A stretch of 63,583 bases of DNA, counting the filler, from Reticulomyxa filosa (taxonomy: Eukaryota > Protista > Foraminifera), in NCBI GenBank assembly GCA_000512085.1. It is 20 parts of 20 records of this genome, joined end to end, with 100 filler letters (N's around TTAATTAATTAA, not from the genome) between each part and the next. Parts side by side here need not be neighbours in the genome. Positions count along the whole stretch, not along the records: positions 17,492 to 25,240 come from ASPP01009102.1; positions 25,341 to 26,408 come from ASPP01046099.1; positions 26,509 to 27,857 come from ASPP01045934.1; positions 27,958 to 30,299 come from ASPP01023766.1; positions 30,400 to 32,486 come from ASPP01013096.1; positions 32,587 to 34,664 come from ASPP01003518.1; positions 34,765 to 36,231 come from ASPP01022213.1; 13 more parts are not named here. One strand, 5' to 3'. Shown here piece by piece: positions 25,206-36,331 of the stretch. The translations under genes were made by a program, and so were the position numbers. How positions within the stretch are numbered: the first letter of the stretch is position 1; every line of letters begins with the position of its first letter. Below the pieces are notes generated by a model. The model was not told the origin of the DNA and did no database searches. It worked only from the letters and a program-made list of their open reading frames with translations.

Positions 25206-25240
<35 letters not shown>
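24454..25240 (-). CDS. Unkempt-type tandem CCCH zinc-finger region (5' truncated), in frame with the C9orf72-like sequence downstream
   Basis: YKVFACP...CELYHHEGERRRNP...YSEEACPQVK...CANGDLCPYSHTILEQMYHPNIYKTSMC...CKWGYYCTHAHG matches the last three Unkempt fingers (CPYYHNSKDRRRSP...CPNVK...CQYCHTRTEQQFHPEIYKSTKC...CAFAH). Confidence 0.88.
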
Positions 25241-25340
25241 NNNNNNNNNNNNNNNNNNNNNNNNNNNNNNNNNNNNNNNNNNNNTTAATTAATTAANNNN
25301 NNNNNNNNNNNNNNNNNNNNNNNNNNNNNNNNNNNNNNNN

Positions 25341-26408
25341 TATATGAGATTCAAAATACCTGCCAAGTGACATGCACTTCGAACAGACTTTCTTTGTGCG
25401 TTGTGGAAATAAGCAGGGATGGATACAAGTACATCCCGAATATAAGGCACTTGGAAATGGAGGGAGGCCATTTGTATCAAGTGAACCAATACAGCGGCAA
25501 GCGCTTGTTCCGGGGATATCCGCATTTTGCGATTGGGAACCCAAATGCGCGGATACGTATCCCCGATCACCTTGAACATGTGGGTGTTCTGAAATTGAGC
25601 CACTTCGAGATCGTCCATACGACGGCCAAGAAGTCGCTTCACATCGTAAATTACATTCTGAGGGTCCATTGGCAGCATTTTCAGAGCGTCCTCGCCAAAT
25701 ATAATCGGAGCATCCGTTTTTTTTGAAAAATAGATTGCCGTTGGCAAACAATACTGTTTTCTCTGTTAATAATTCCAAAGTCATTCATTCATTCATTAAT
25801 CATTTGATTATACAATTTCGCTTCATTTGCAAAAAAAAAAAAAAAAAATATATGTACACATAAACAAACTTTGGGGTCAGCAATGACAATGTTAGTGGTT
25901 CTCTTGCCAAAGTCATTGATATTTGTCGACTTGACATTGAGTTGATAGCCAATGCAAGAATACGTAGTTCCCAAATCAATGCCAAACACCGCGCTCGAAT
26001 GGAAGTTCAAGGTCATGTCGCAAGTGCGACTCTGCTTGCCGGCGTCTAGGTCACGTGCACTGCCTTTCGCAATGTGCACCTGTATTTTCAGTTTTACATG
26101 CACCGTCCAAACTGCAAAGAAGCCACTAAGCTTCTCGATTTTCAACGTTGAGCTCTTCTCCCCACTCACTGTGATGGTATTGTCCGTATACAACTCCCGC
26201 ACGTCCCAATTAAACGTGGACCATTGATCCAACGTCGGGTCTTTTTTTGTATTCACAAAATCAAATTATGTATCAATCTTTTTTTTTTTTTATAAAAAAA
26301 AAGTTTGTTTTGGAACTTGATGCATTAAGATAAACCACTTTTTGTAAGACTGGAATAAAGTGGTCTTGCTTTGGACACTGCACTTGTGAGGCCCAAGATG
26401 GGACAGAA
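25341..26408 (-). CDS. Hsp70-superfamily protein fragment with an N-terminal extension
   Basis: VFGIDLGTTYSCIG, LPTAIYF, IIFGEDAL...DPQNVIYDVKRLLGR, ISPEQALAAVL, VLVSIPAYFHNAQRKSVRSACHLAG. Confidence 0.9.
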
Positions 26409-26508
26409 NNNNNNNNNNNNNNNNNNNNNNNNNNNNNNNNNNNNNNNNNNNNTTAATTAATTAANNNNNNNNNNNNNNNNNNNNNNNNNNNNNNNNNNNN
26501 NNNNNNNN

Positions 26509-27857
26509 AGAAATATTCAAAAAATCGCTGCAAGATATCATCAAGAAGAAGAAGAGATATATTTCATCCCACAAGGCTCAAGGACCAGATAATATTCACA
26601 ATCAAATGATCAAAAATGATGGACAAGCATTAATTAATTCTTTGGTTGTATTATTTAATTGTTTTAAGATTGGATATGAGCGAATATTGTTCCAATTCCA
26701 AAACCAAATCGAGAGCATTCCCCTTATTGCAATCAATTAATCCAACATTGATGCAAATGGGGATTGGTAATCGATCAAGAGACGAAATTAACATTAAGAA
26801 TACCAATATGCAAACAGATCTATGATCGGTAGTCCAGAACAATATCCACGGATTTTATTCCAAGGCCCAAATACTAGAACAAAATTTGCATCAGAAGCAG
26901 CCCCATATCTGTTTATTGCAAGAAGGGACATCGATTATAATTTCCAGCATCTATACGTTCATCACTGGAGTGAGACAGGAAGATCTGGAGTGTTATGTCG
27001 AAGAGATTTACACTCAATGCCACGATCATTCAATAATGTGCCTGATACATTTAATGTATTTGGTTATGAATCGTCCCTTTTTTGTTTATTTTTATTAGAA
27101 GTACTGTTTCCTTTTGGGACGAGGTGCTCATTTTAACTTGGATAAGATCTCATCCTTGATCAAAAAATTATTGAATACATTATCATTGGAGGAGATTGGA
27201 ATGCACATCATCATAACATCGATGATGTGGTTGCAATGCCATTCATGAAGGATAATGCGACATCAAGCATTGTTCTATTTCTTAGAACGAGGTGCTCTTT
27301 TAACTCACTTGGATGTTGCTCACAACAGAGGACACATTTGTGTTTTCTTGGGTCGTTATTTCGACATTTAGCTGCTTCGTAATTTGCCAATCCGCAATAT
27401 TTATATACTTTGCGTTTCTTTTTTTTTTAAGCTTTTGCACTGGGAGGGCGTGAAGGTGTCAGACTACTACTTGCTTCATCTTCCACTCATCACTGTTTTT
27501 AGCCCGCGATGAACTTCACAAGTTCTTTGACAATTTTTGTTCTTGTTTCGAGTTCCCATGTCTTATCTCCAATCACCAAACTTCTCAGGTTCGATGTGTT
27601 GAATTGAAATGTGGCAACAAATTCTTAATTGCTGCTCTTCTTCATTTTCACACCATTTGCAATCTGATGAATCAGCGTTCCTTTTAATCCGAATTCATAT
27701 CTCATCTTGTGCCTTAATCCATCTCTCCATATGCCGATGATATGTCCAATAATACAGCATATGATACTCCATTATTATCAAAGGATGAATAAATGGATTC
27801 TGTTAATCTCAGTAATAACTTGTTTTCATTTAAGTACCACATCAATCTCATTGTAAT
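26509..27857. mobile_element. Fragmented non-LTR (LINE-type) retrotransposon remnants on both strands
   Basis: Plus strand: HKAQGPDNIHNQMIKN...LVVLFN and ANIVPIPKP (RT N-terminal domains, about 26560-26720), and YIIIGGDWNAHH (APE endonuclease motif, about 27173-27214). Minus strand: TESIYSSFDNNGVSYAVLLDISSAY/WRDGLRHK (RT, about 27805-27690), and a Cys/His-knuckle-like YCGLANYEAAKC...HKCVLCCEQHPS (about 27405-27310). Confidence 0.85.
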
Positions 27858-28890
27858 NNNNNNNNNNNNNNNNNNNNNNNNNNNNNNNNNNNNNNNNNNN
27901 NTTAATTAATTAANNNNNNNNNNNNNNNNNNNNNNNNNNNNNNNNNNNNNNNNNNNNTTTTAATTGGTAATTCTGTCACTTTTTTAAAACTAAACTAAAC
28001 AGCTAGAAAAATAAAAAATGTTATTTTATATATTTTGCTTTCATTTTTGACTTATAAATTGCTTTAAATAAATGCTACGTCATACCCAAGTATTCTACAT
28101 TGAATTGTACATGACAAACTGGTAATCGATTTAGTTGAATTGATCAAACTAGTTAATATGATTCAAATACATGTTTGCAATTCTACAACGTCCTTGTTTA
28201 TTTACGCTTTTTTATATTTTTTTCATATTCATCTATGTCGTCAACACTTCTGATGTAACGTTTTTGAAATACAATGCCAAAATAACTGATACATCTGACA
28301 ATTCTTTGATCTTTCGCAAACGTTGGTCAATAATTACAATATTACCTTGACAGTTTTCAAGTGTTGGTCTTTCGTTCAGTTCGATATAGCTTGTTTTCAA
28401 AAACAAAGGATTATCACGTTGCGATGTTTTAAATTAAACAATTTTAAAAAAGGTTGAAGTAAAATGACGTGTAATCAAAAAGTTCAATCTTTTGTACAGT
28501 TGTAGTAATCCAAAAACTGCTGAATCACAAAGCCAAAACTTCAAAGGAGATTTGATTTTGTATATTATTGTCATCTATTTGGCAGTGAAATTATTACTTA
28601 TGGTTTGTTTCAAAAGAATCTTCTGGTAAAAAAAAGTGGATGTAAGATATTAATGTTTTTTTTTGTCAAAAAAGAAGTAGTAGTACTTTAGACTATCAAA
28701 ATAAAAGCTTGCAGTCCGAGAAAAAAAGGTAGCAACTTGTGTGCATGTCGCACAAACAATGCAAAAGTGGTCAGAGAGAAAATGTTGAGATTGTTTCGTC
28801 ATTCAAAAGGAAAAAAAAAAAAAAAATTTGGAAAAGACCACAAACTAATTTGGAAAGAATATAAAAATAGAGGATAATAAGTAAGATATC

Positions 28891-29407
28891 TCATGTCAGG
28901 CTATAATTACGTTCGGATTGTGTATTTGTGCACGACTGAGTGTTTGGTGGAGCAAAGGAAGTGACAAAAGCTGGATCAAAAACAGCTCCCCCTCCGCCTC
29001 CTCCCCCTTGGGCTCTAGACAAAAGTTGAAAATCGTGATGTGCAGCAGAAGAAAAGTCATGATTGAACACTTGTTTGAAAGCATATCCTAGTTGATAGTG
29101 CAATTTGCGACAGTTGTTTTCGTGTGCTTCTCTGTTTGCTTGAATTTGTTTCCAAGTTTGGTAATGTGTGGAGTTTTTCCAAAAGTAATAAAACTCGATG
29201 ACTTGTTTGCAGCACTTGGTGCCAATGATTTTGGAAATTTCATAAAAATTCTTGCCTTTGCAGCACATGGCGGACTCAAACAAGGCAACTTCTCTCGCAC
29301 TCCATTCGTCAATCGGACTGCGTTTACGATAGGGAGAAAGCAGTACATCCAATGTGGAGTACTCAAAAGTGGCAACGTTGTCCCTCGCTTCATTGCCCGT
29401 CATCGGT

Positions 29408-29441
<34 letters not shown>

Positions 29442-30190
29442 GCATATTCACACCTGCGCCTACTGCTGCAGCATGTGCATTGCCAATTGCACCCGAGCTT
29501 GCACTTGCACGTATATTATGCAAACTATTCAAGTTATTTAGACTGATATTAGTAGTCGCAGCAGCAGCAGGAGTTGTTGCCGTTGTCAGTGTGTTAGTAT
29601 TTGTTGTGGCTGTTGCTGTTGTTGACGACGATAATGATGATGATGATGATGATGATGATGCTGATGCTGATGCTGATGATATTGATGCTGATGCTGATGA
29701 TATTGATACTGATGGTATTGATGTTGATGATGATGCTGTTGGTGCTGCTGTAATTGTTGCCGCGATTGTCTTTGGAACTGTCGCTGCATTGGTCGGTGCA
29801 ATTAATGTCGATGTGCCCGCACTTGTGATTGGCCATGAAATGGTCTCGCTCCTTTTATAAAACAGCTTATTGATACCATTCAGATAACAGTCCATCGCCG
29901 ATTTGAAGGGGTCGACCCACAGCTCTTTCTTTATTGGCTCCGTTTTGTCGATCTCGAAAATCGGCGGCTTGGGAGACACCTGCATCATATCCTTATCCAC
30001 TTCGATGTTGAACTGCGGCAACGTGTGCGTCAGCGGCAGCGCGAGGTTCCCGCCATTCAGGTTTAAAAAGTTTATTGGCATATTCGCCATCGCCGTCGGT
30101 ACTACCGAAGGCAATAGCGAGTTCCCCATCACGTCGCACGGAGACTTGCCTTCACTCACACGAGAGCGTTTCACTTTTGGCTCGTTCGTT
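28891..30190 (-). CDS. SANT/Myb-domain chromatin protein (ELM2-SANT/MIER/RERE-type SANT), terminal exon
   Basis: DEWSAREVALFESAMCCKGKNFYEISKIIGTKCCKQVIEFYYFWK, preceded by S/T/A low-complexity sequence. Acceptor aaaaag at about 30191. Confidence 0.85.
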
Positions 30191-30264
30191 CTTTTTTTTT
30201 TACAAAATAAATACACACATATATATATATATATATTATATATATATTATATATGTATATACTT

Positions 30265-30299
<35 letters not shown>

Positions 30300-30402
30300 N
30301 NNNNNNNNNNNNNNNNNNNNNNNNNNNNNNNNNNNNNNNNNNNTTAATTAATTAANNNNNNNNNNNNNNNNNNNNNNNNNNNNNNNNNNNNNNNNNNNNT
30401 TT

Positions 30403-30443
<41 letters not shown>

Positions 30444-30557
30444 TCAATTTGGGATTGACACATAGTAAAGTACTTTACATTAGCAAAAGGAAGGAGGGAA
30501 TAATATTTGTACGTGCGTATGATATTATGTGTATAATAATTAAAAAAAAAAAAAAAG

Positions 30558-31774
30558 TTTAGCAAGTTTTTGTGACGAAGCGAAAGACAAATGTGACGGG
30601 CAAAATTTGGGAGCGTTGTTGATATTGCCGGTGCAACGGCTGCCTCGGTATCAGTTGTGCTTGCAGGAGATTTGTAAGTATACCGAGTCTCGACATTGCG
30701 ACTATTCGAACTTGCAGAATGCATTGACTCAGGTGAAAGAGATGAACAGCTCGCTGAACGCCTGCATGAAAGAAATGGAGCAGAGACAAGCAGTTCGGGA
30801 TATCGAAAGACGGTTTGGTGCAAATTCCGGAGTCACGCTGCTGTCGCCCTCTCGACGATTGATCAGAGAAGGTATTCTGGATCGCGTCACGAAAAATGGT
30901 AAAATCATCAAACACACCACTTTCTTCTTGTTCAATGATGCCTTGGTCTATGCCACTGGTAGTGATAATCATCTCACCTTTCATCAGCTCTTGCCCTTTG
31001 ATTCCGCATTTTCTGTTCGCAATTTGGAAAATCATCCCACTTATCAAAATTGCGCCTTTTCTGTTTTGTTTTTGTTTTTGTTTTTGTTTGGAAATGGTTT
31101 ATTTTTTTTTTTTTTTTTTTTTTTTAAAACTATATTTCAGGTTCATTCCTCTGTGAAAAGTTTTGTAACGATTGCGGAGAACGAAACAACAAAAAACGAC
31201 TGGGTACAAACGATTCAATCACAAAGTGAAGCGTTCTCGAAAGGTATTGAAAAAAGTTTGGAGGTTGTGCTGCCGGCTCCTTTGTTCGTTCCGAACGATC
31301 AAAGTAATGTCTGCCAAGTCAAAGAGTGCCAACTCGAATTCACTGCCTTGCGCAGGAGGCATCATTGTAGATGCTGGTTACTTCTTGCTTGTCTCTTTTA
31401 CGCATTTATGTCTGTATATCTTCGCGCTTCTCGTCCTTCTGTTCCTCTTCCTAATTACTCCCAAACGGTTGTCAAACTTTAAATATATACGATTGCGTTG
31501 TTTAATAGCGGCAGATTGATCTGTGCCAAGTGTAGCAATTATGAGCTGTCCAGCCACCGTGATCCTTCCAAAATCGTAAAGCCTGTTTGTATTGGTCAGT
31601 CTTCCTCTTTTTGTTCGTTTGCTCATTTATTTCATTGCCTTTTTAAAAAAAAAAAAAAAAAATTAACAACGTCGTGGTTGTCGTGGGATAGACTGCCACA
31701 AACAATGGAGTGCCGTAGGACCGACCTTGCATATCTCACATGAAACAGAGGCTAGCGAAGAGAGAAAAGAATAA
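30558..31774 (+). CDS. FGD-like RhoGEF: DH C-terminus, PH and FYVE domains (5' truncated; the 3' end may extend towards 32183)
   Basis: LLILPVQRLPRYQLCLQEI (DH). RRLIREG...FFLFNDALVY...KSF...KNDWVQTI (PH). FVPND...C...FTALRRRHHCRC|CGRLICAKCS...PVCI|DCH (FYVE). Confidence 0.92.
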
Positions 31775-32452
31775 GAAGAAACAAAAACATTGTAATATTT
31801 CATTGCTTGACATCTTGCTTATTGCTTATGTGTCTTTTTTTTTTTTGTTTTGTTTTGTTTTTTTTTGTATGTAGAAACAAAAGGGTGTTGAGCTATCCAC
31901 ATTCTCAGGATCATCTGTGAAATGTGACGTAACCTTTTTTTTTTAATATGTACATTCCCAAAAAAAAAAAAAAAGGGTGGAAAAATTTCGACCCTTAACT
32001 TGGACCACAACCACTTCTCAAAAGGTTTTTTTTGTTTGGTCCATTTGGGATTGTACAAAAAATCGACTGATGACTTGCTGTAAATCAACACTGTGTAATC
32101 AAAAAAAGTTGCTTCACGAGAGAGAGAGGGAAGATATGAATGTTCAATTCGGCAAACACTTTGTGATTAAGAATACATGGTAATGCGTTTTTAATCATAA
32201 ATTAAAACTTTTTTTAAAAAATCACAACAGGAGGTGAATGAACAAAAAAGAAAAAGAATAAAATATAAAACTGTATTCTCTGAAAGGAAGACCACATATA
32301 TATTGCCCTTTTCCTCAACACTGGATAGTTCCAACAGCAATGCATGGAAAAAAGACAAAATCTTTTAGAAACGAGGGAGCAAGAAGGAAAAAAACTATTT
32401 AAAGAACGCTTTTCTTGTACAATAGCTTCAAAGTATAACAATAGAAAAAAAA

Positions 32453-32486
<34 letters not shown>

Positions 32487-32586
32487 NNNNNNNNNNNNNN
32501 NNNNNNNNNNNNNNNNNNNNNNNNNNNNNNTTAATTAATTAANNNNNNNNNNNNNNNNNNNNNNNNNNNNNNNNNNNNNNNNNNNN

Positions 32587-32771
32587 AATAACAATAACAA
32601 TAATAATAACAACGATAATGATAACGAGAATGACAATGACAAGGACAGTGATGAGGACAACTCAAAGCAAGTGATGATCGTCGACGGCATAGCATTGGAG
32701 CCACTTGGACTGGTCGAAGACACGGAGAGATGGATAAAAGAGCACCGCGAAAAAAAGGAAAGACCTCTTCT

Positions 32772-32803
<32 letters not shown>

Positions 32804-33122
32804 CTCCTCCTTCTCCTCTTCACAACAAGATGTGGACATGGCCACACAAGAAGCAAGCAGTCACACAAATGCAAATGCAAGTGCGAATGTAAACGCAAAT
32901 GCAAATGCAAATGCAAGTGTGTTGGAGAGAAATAAGAAAAAAGCGATAAAAACAGTGAAGCTCAGTCTGAAGCAGCGAGTCGAACAAGAGCTCAAACTCA
33001 TGAGAAAACCAAAGGAAGAGTTCATTCGACCGTTGAAGCAGAATCGCTACACCGTGCCACCGCCCGAAAGAATCACCTCTGAGCAATTGTTTTAGTGTGT
33101 ACACATATTTGCATATGTATGC

Positions 33123-33180
<58 letters not shown>

Positions 33181-33458
33181 GCAAATGTGCAACTTGTTTT
33201 GTTTGATTTAAAAAAAAAAAAGGGACATAATAAAATTGACGGCGCAGTTTACGGCGTGTGTAGGCAAGTCATTTATCCGCGATTTGGTTCGTGAGGATCC
33301 GAACAATGAGATGCTGCAGTTTCTGTCGCCGGTGAATCCCAAGTTTCAGTACTTTAGTCGACTGGTGGACAGCTACGCTGAGATCATTCGTCAGTTTGAA
33401 AACTACCAAGACGTTTGTAAAAAGTATAATAAACATAATACTACTACTACTACTATTG

Positions 33459-33490
<32 letters not shown>

Positions 33491-33744
33491 GCTACTAATA
33501 ACAATGAGTCGGATGCACTTCGCTTGGATGAAAACATCCCTATTGAAGACAACTTTGTATCCAGATTCAAAGCTTTGCATTTGAATAAGGACAGACTGAT
33601 GACCACATTAATCGGCGCCGCAGAGTTTGAAATGCGTGATAGACAAAAGAAAAATGGCAATCCGGAAGATGATGAAACTGAAAGAGGTTTGTTCCTTTTC
33701 TTCCCGATTTTGCGTGCTTCTTTTATCCCTTCCCTTCTGCATAC

Positions 33745-33776
<32 letters not shown>

Positions 33777-34515
33777 TAATTAATAATAAAAATGGTGTTG
33801 TGGTTTTAGTGGCCAACGCGTTGATTGATTGGGAAAACTTTGTGGTGTTGGAGACATTGGAGTTCGACTTCGGCCACGACGTGTTGATCCCTGCTGGCAA
33901 TACAATTGAAGAAATCGACGCGATTTTGAACACCGCCACAGACAGCAAAAACTTTATCCGCGGTGGATTGCCTACGGCACTTGCTGGCAGCGATAGCAAC
34001 AATAACATGAACAATGGCAACAACAATAACAATAATAATAATAACAACAACAATAATAATAATAATAACAATAATAATAATAACAATAATAACGACAATG
34101 AGAATATGAATGGCAACAAAGATGCAAATGACGATGACGATGACGACACCACGATGTTGAATGGACCATTGTTCGCAGACGACATGGACATGGATGTGAG
34201 CGACTCGGACGTGGAAATGAACGAGGACAAACCGGACGCGAGTGACGCGCAAGCGCGCAAAGACACAGGACGTGAGTATCGCGAGGCAATGTCAATCGCG
34301 TCGTCCTCCGTCCCCAAAGGTGTGATCATCGCCAACGACATCTCCTTAGTGCCGCGTCTGCACGAGAGCGAAGAAGACTTGGACCTGCGCATGAAGCTAG
34401 AACAAATCCTGTCCGACTCGCGCACCGACACCATGAAAAATCAAAAGTGTCCTGTCTGTGGCGAGTTTTATCCCATTACGCAATTATCCGATCACGTCAA
34501 GTTTATACATATATT

Positions 34516-34551
<36 letters not shown>

Positions 34552-34664
34552 ATATGTATATATGTTAATCAATTAATGAATTCTTTTTAAATGAAAACAA
34601 TTAAATAGAATCGAATTACTCGATCCCAAGTGGAAAGAACAAAAGGACGCATTGCGTGTGAAAG
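32587..34664 (+). CDS. SF3A1: Splicing factor 3A subunit 1 (Prp21), internal fragment
   Basis: LDIIKLTAQF..VGKSF...FL.P....FQYFSRLVDSY (SURP2), ALIDWENFVVLETLEF, CPVCGE.YP..QLSDHVK|IELLDPKWKEQK. Confidence 0.92.
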
Positions 34665-36331
34665 NNNNNNNNNNNNNNNNNNNNNNNNNNNNNNNNNNNN
34701 NNNNNNNNTTAATTAATTAANNNNNNNNNNNNNNNNNNNNNNNNNNNNNNNNNNNNNNNNNNNNTGTATCTTCTTCTAATTCTTGTTTTCTTGATTCTTT
34801 TAATAATAATATAACATCAGCGCAACTTGAAGGATTCATTTCACCCATAATATATCTTTTGAATACAGTTTAACAATATCCTTTGCTTTGTACAGCCATA
34901 TATCATACTGCTTTGTCATATACCAAGTGTTGCACCATTGTCAACATTTTTATGATATATCAGCGATTTTATTATGATGGGCAGCATAGCGAACTGGTGA
35001 GCATTACCAGCAATTGTCTTTTTCGTACGAAAAAAATAGTGTTAGCTTCTTTTTTTTTATTAAAAAAGCCATATGAACAAATAAAAAAATGGAATCAACT
35101 TCAAAGCATTGCATCTTGTTTTCTTTGATGTACTGTAATTGAATAGATTTTCTAAAATGATATGCACGAACTTTTTGAAGTTGAGCGCACTTTCGCAATA
35201 GAGGCGTTTCATCAATTGATAAAGGTTTTCTGTCACTTGTTACCATTCTCTCTATGTACGTAATTTTTTTTAAAAAAAAGAAAAATGTAGCATTTAACCT
35301 TAAGCGTAGCCTCAAATTATTACGTATTCAATAACGTAACCACTTAGTAATATTTAATTTCACTAATCTTCTGTTTTATTACCTACGTAATATCTTCTAA
35401 AGAATAGGACCGAATTTGACAATATGTGCAAATGTAAAATTAATTTATACTTTGTATTGTTAAAACTTAATTAATAAACATTTATCTTTTGTATTTTATT
35501 TAAATGTTCATGCTGTTGTCAGGTAACAAAACTATTCGTGGAATATTCTAATTTCGTGATATGATTTTGTTTTGTTTGTCTACAAACGGATAAATATTTC
35601 TTTTTTTGTCGATTTATGTAAGTTTGTTATATTTGTTTAAACACCAAAAAAAAATTAATATTATTTTCATTATCACAATATAATTCAATCACGCAAGTTA
35701 AAAAATAAGTTAATTTGCCTTTATTACGTGTCGATTTAATCATTCTTTTTATGAAAAAACTAACATTTAATAGTTGTAAAAAATCACAATATACAATTAC
35801 ATAGTCTTCAATAATTTACTTAACTTTAATTTTTCAAAGTTAAATACTCAAATTTTTACTCTTCAAAACAATAAGCGATTTAAAAACAACAACGTTTTGC
35901 AAAAATTGTGTTAGATTACGTTTTCTATTTCAACATCGAACTACCCTTTTTTGTTTTCAGACATTCTTAAAACTATAAAAGGGGATTGGAAAAAACAAAT
36001 TGTGCAATATACGTGCCTTGCTCAATTTTGGATAATTTTTTTAAAATTCCTTCATTGAAAGAATTCACATGCATTGCCAAGCCCCATTTTTTATATTGAA
36101 CCACTTTCATTGCTCCTGAGGGAAAAAAAAGGCTCGATCATCTTTCATCTTACATCATCAAAGACCATATTAAGCAAAAAAACAAGGGAATCGAAAATGA
36201 TAACTCTTAGCAATGAGAAGCGAACTTTAACNNNNNNNNNNNNNNNNNNNNNNNNNNNNNNNNNNNNNNNNNNNNTTAATTAATTAANNNNNNNNNNNNN
36301 NNNNNNNNNNNNNNNNNNNNNNNNNNNNNNN

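Noticed and set aside
33403-34434. 343-aa minus-strand ORF with poly-Leu/Val, and similar antisense ORFs at 29354 and 57415
   Set aside because: These are antisense shadows of triplet-repeat-rich genes (SF3A1, SANT, TLDc).
35250-35395. Cluster of ACGTA motifs
   Set aside because: Four short motifs with irregular spacing cannot be separated from chance.
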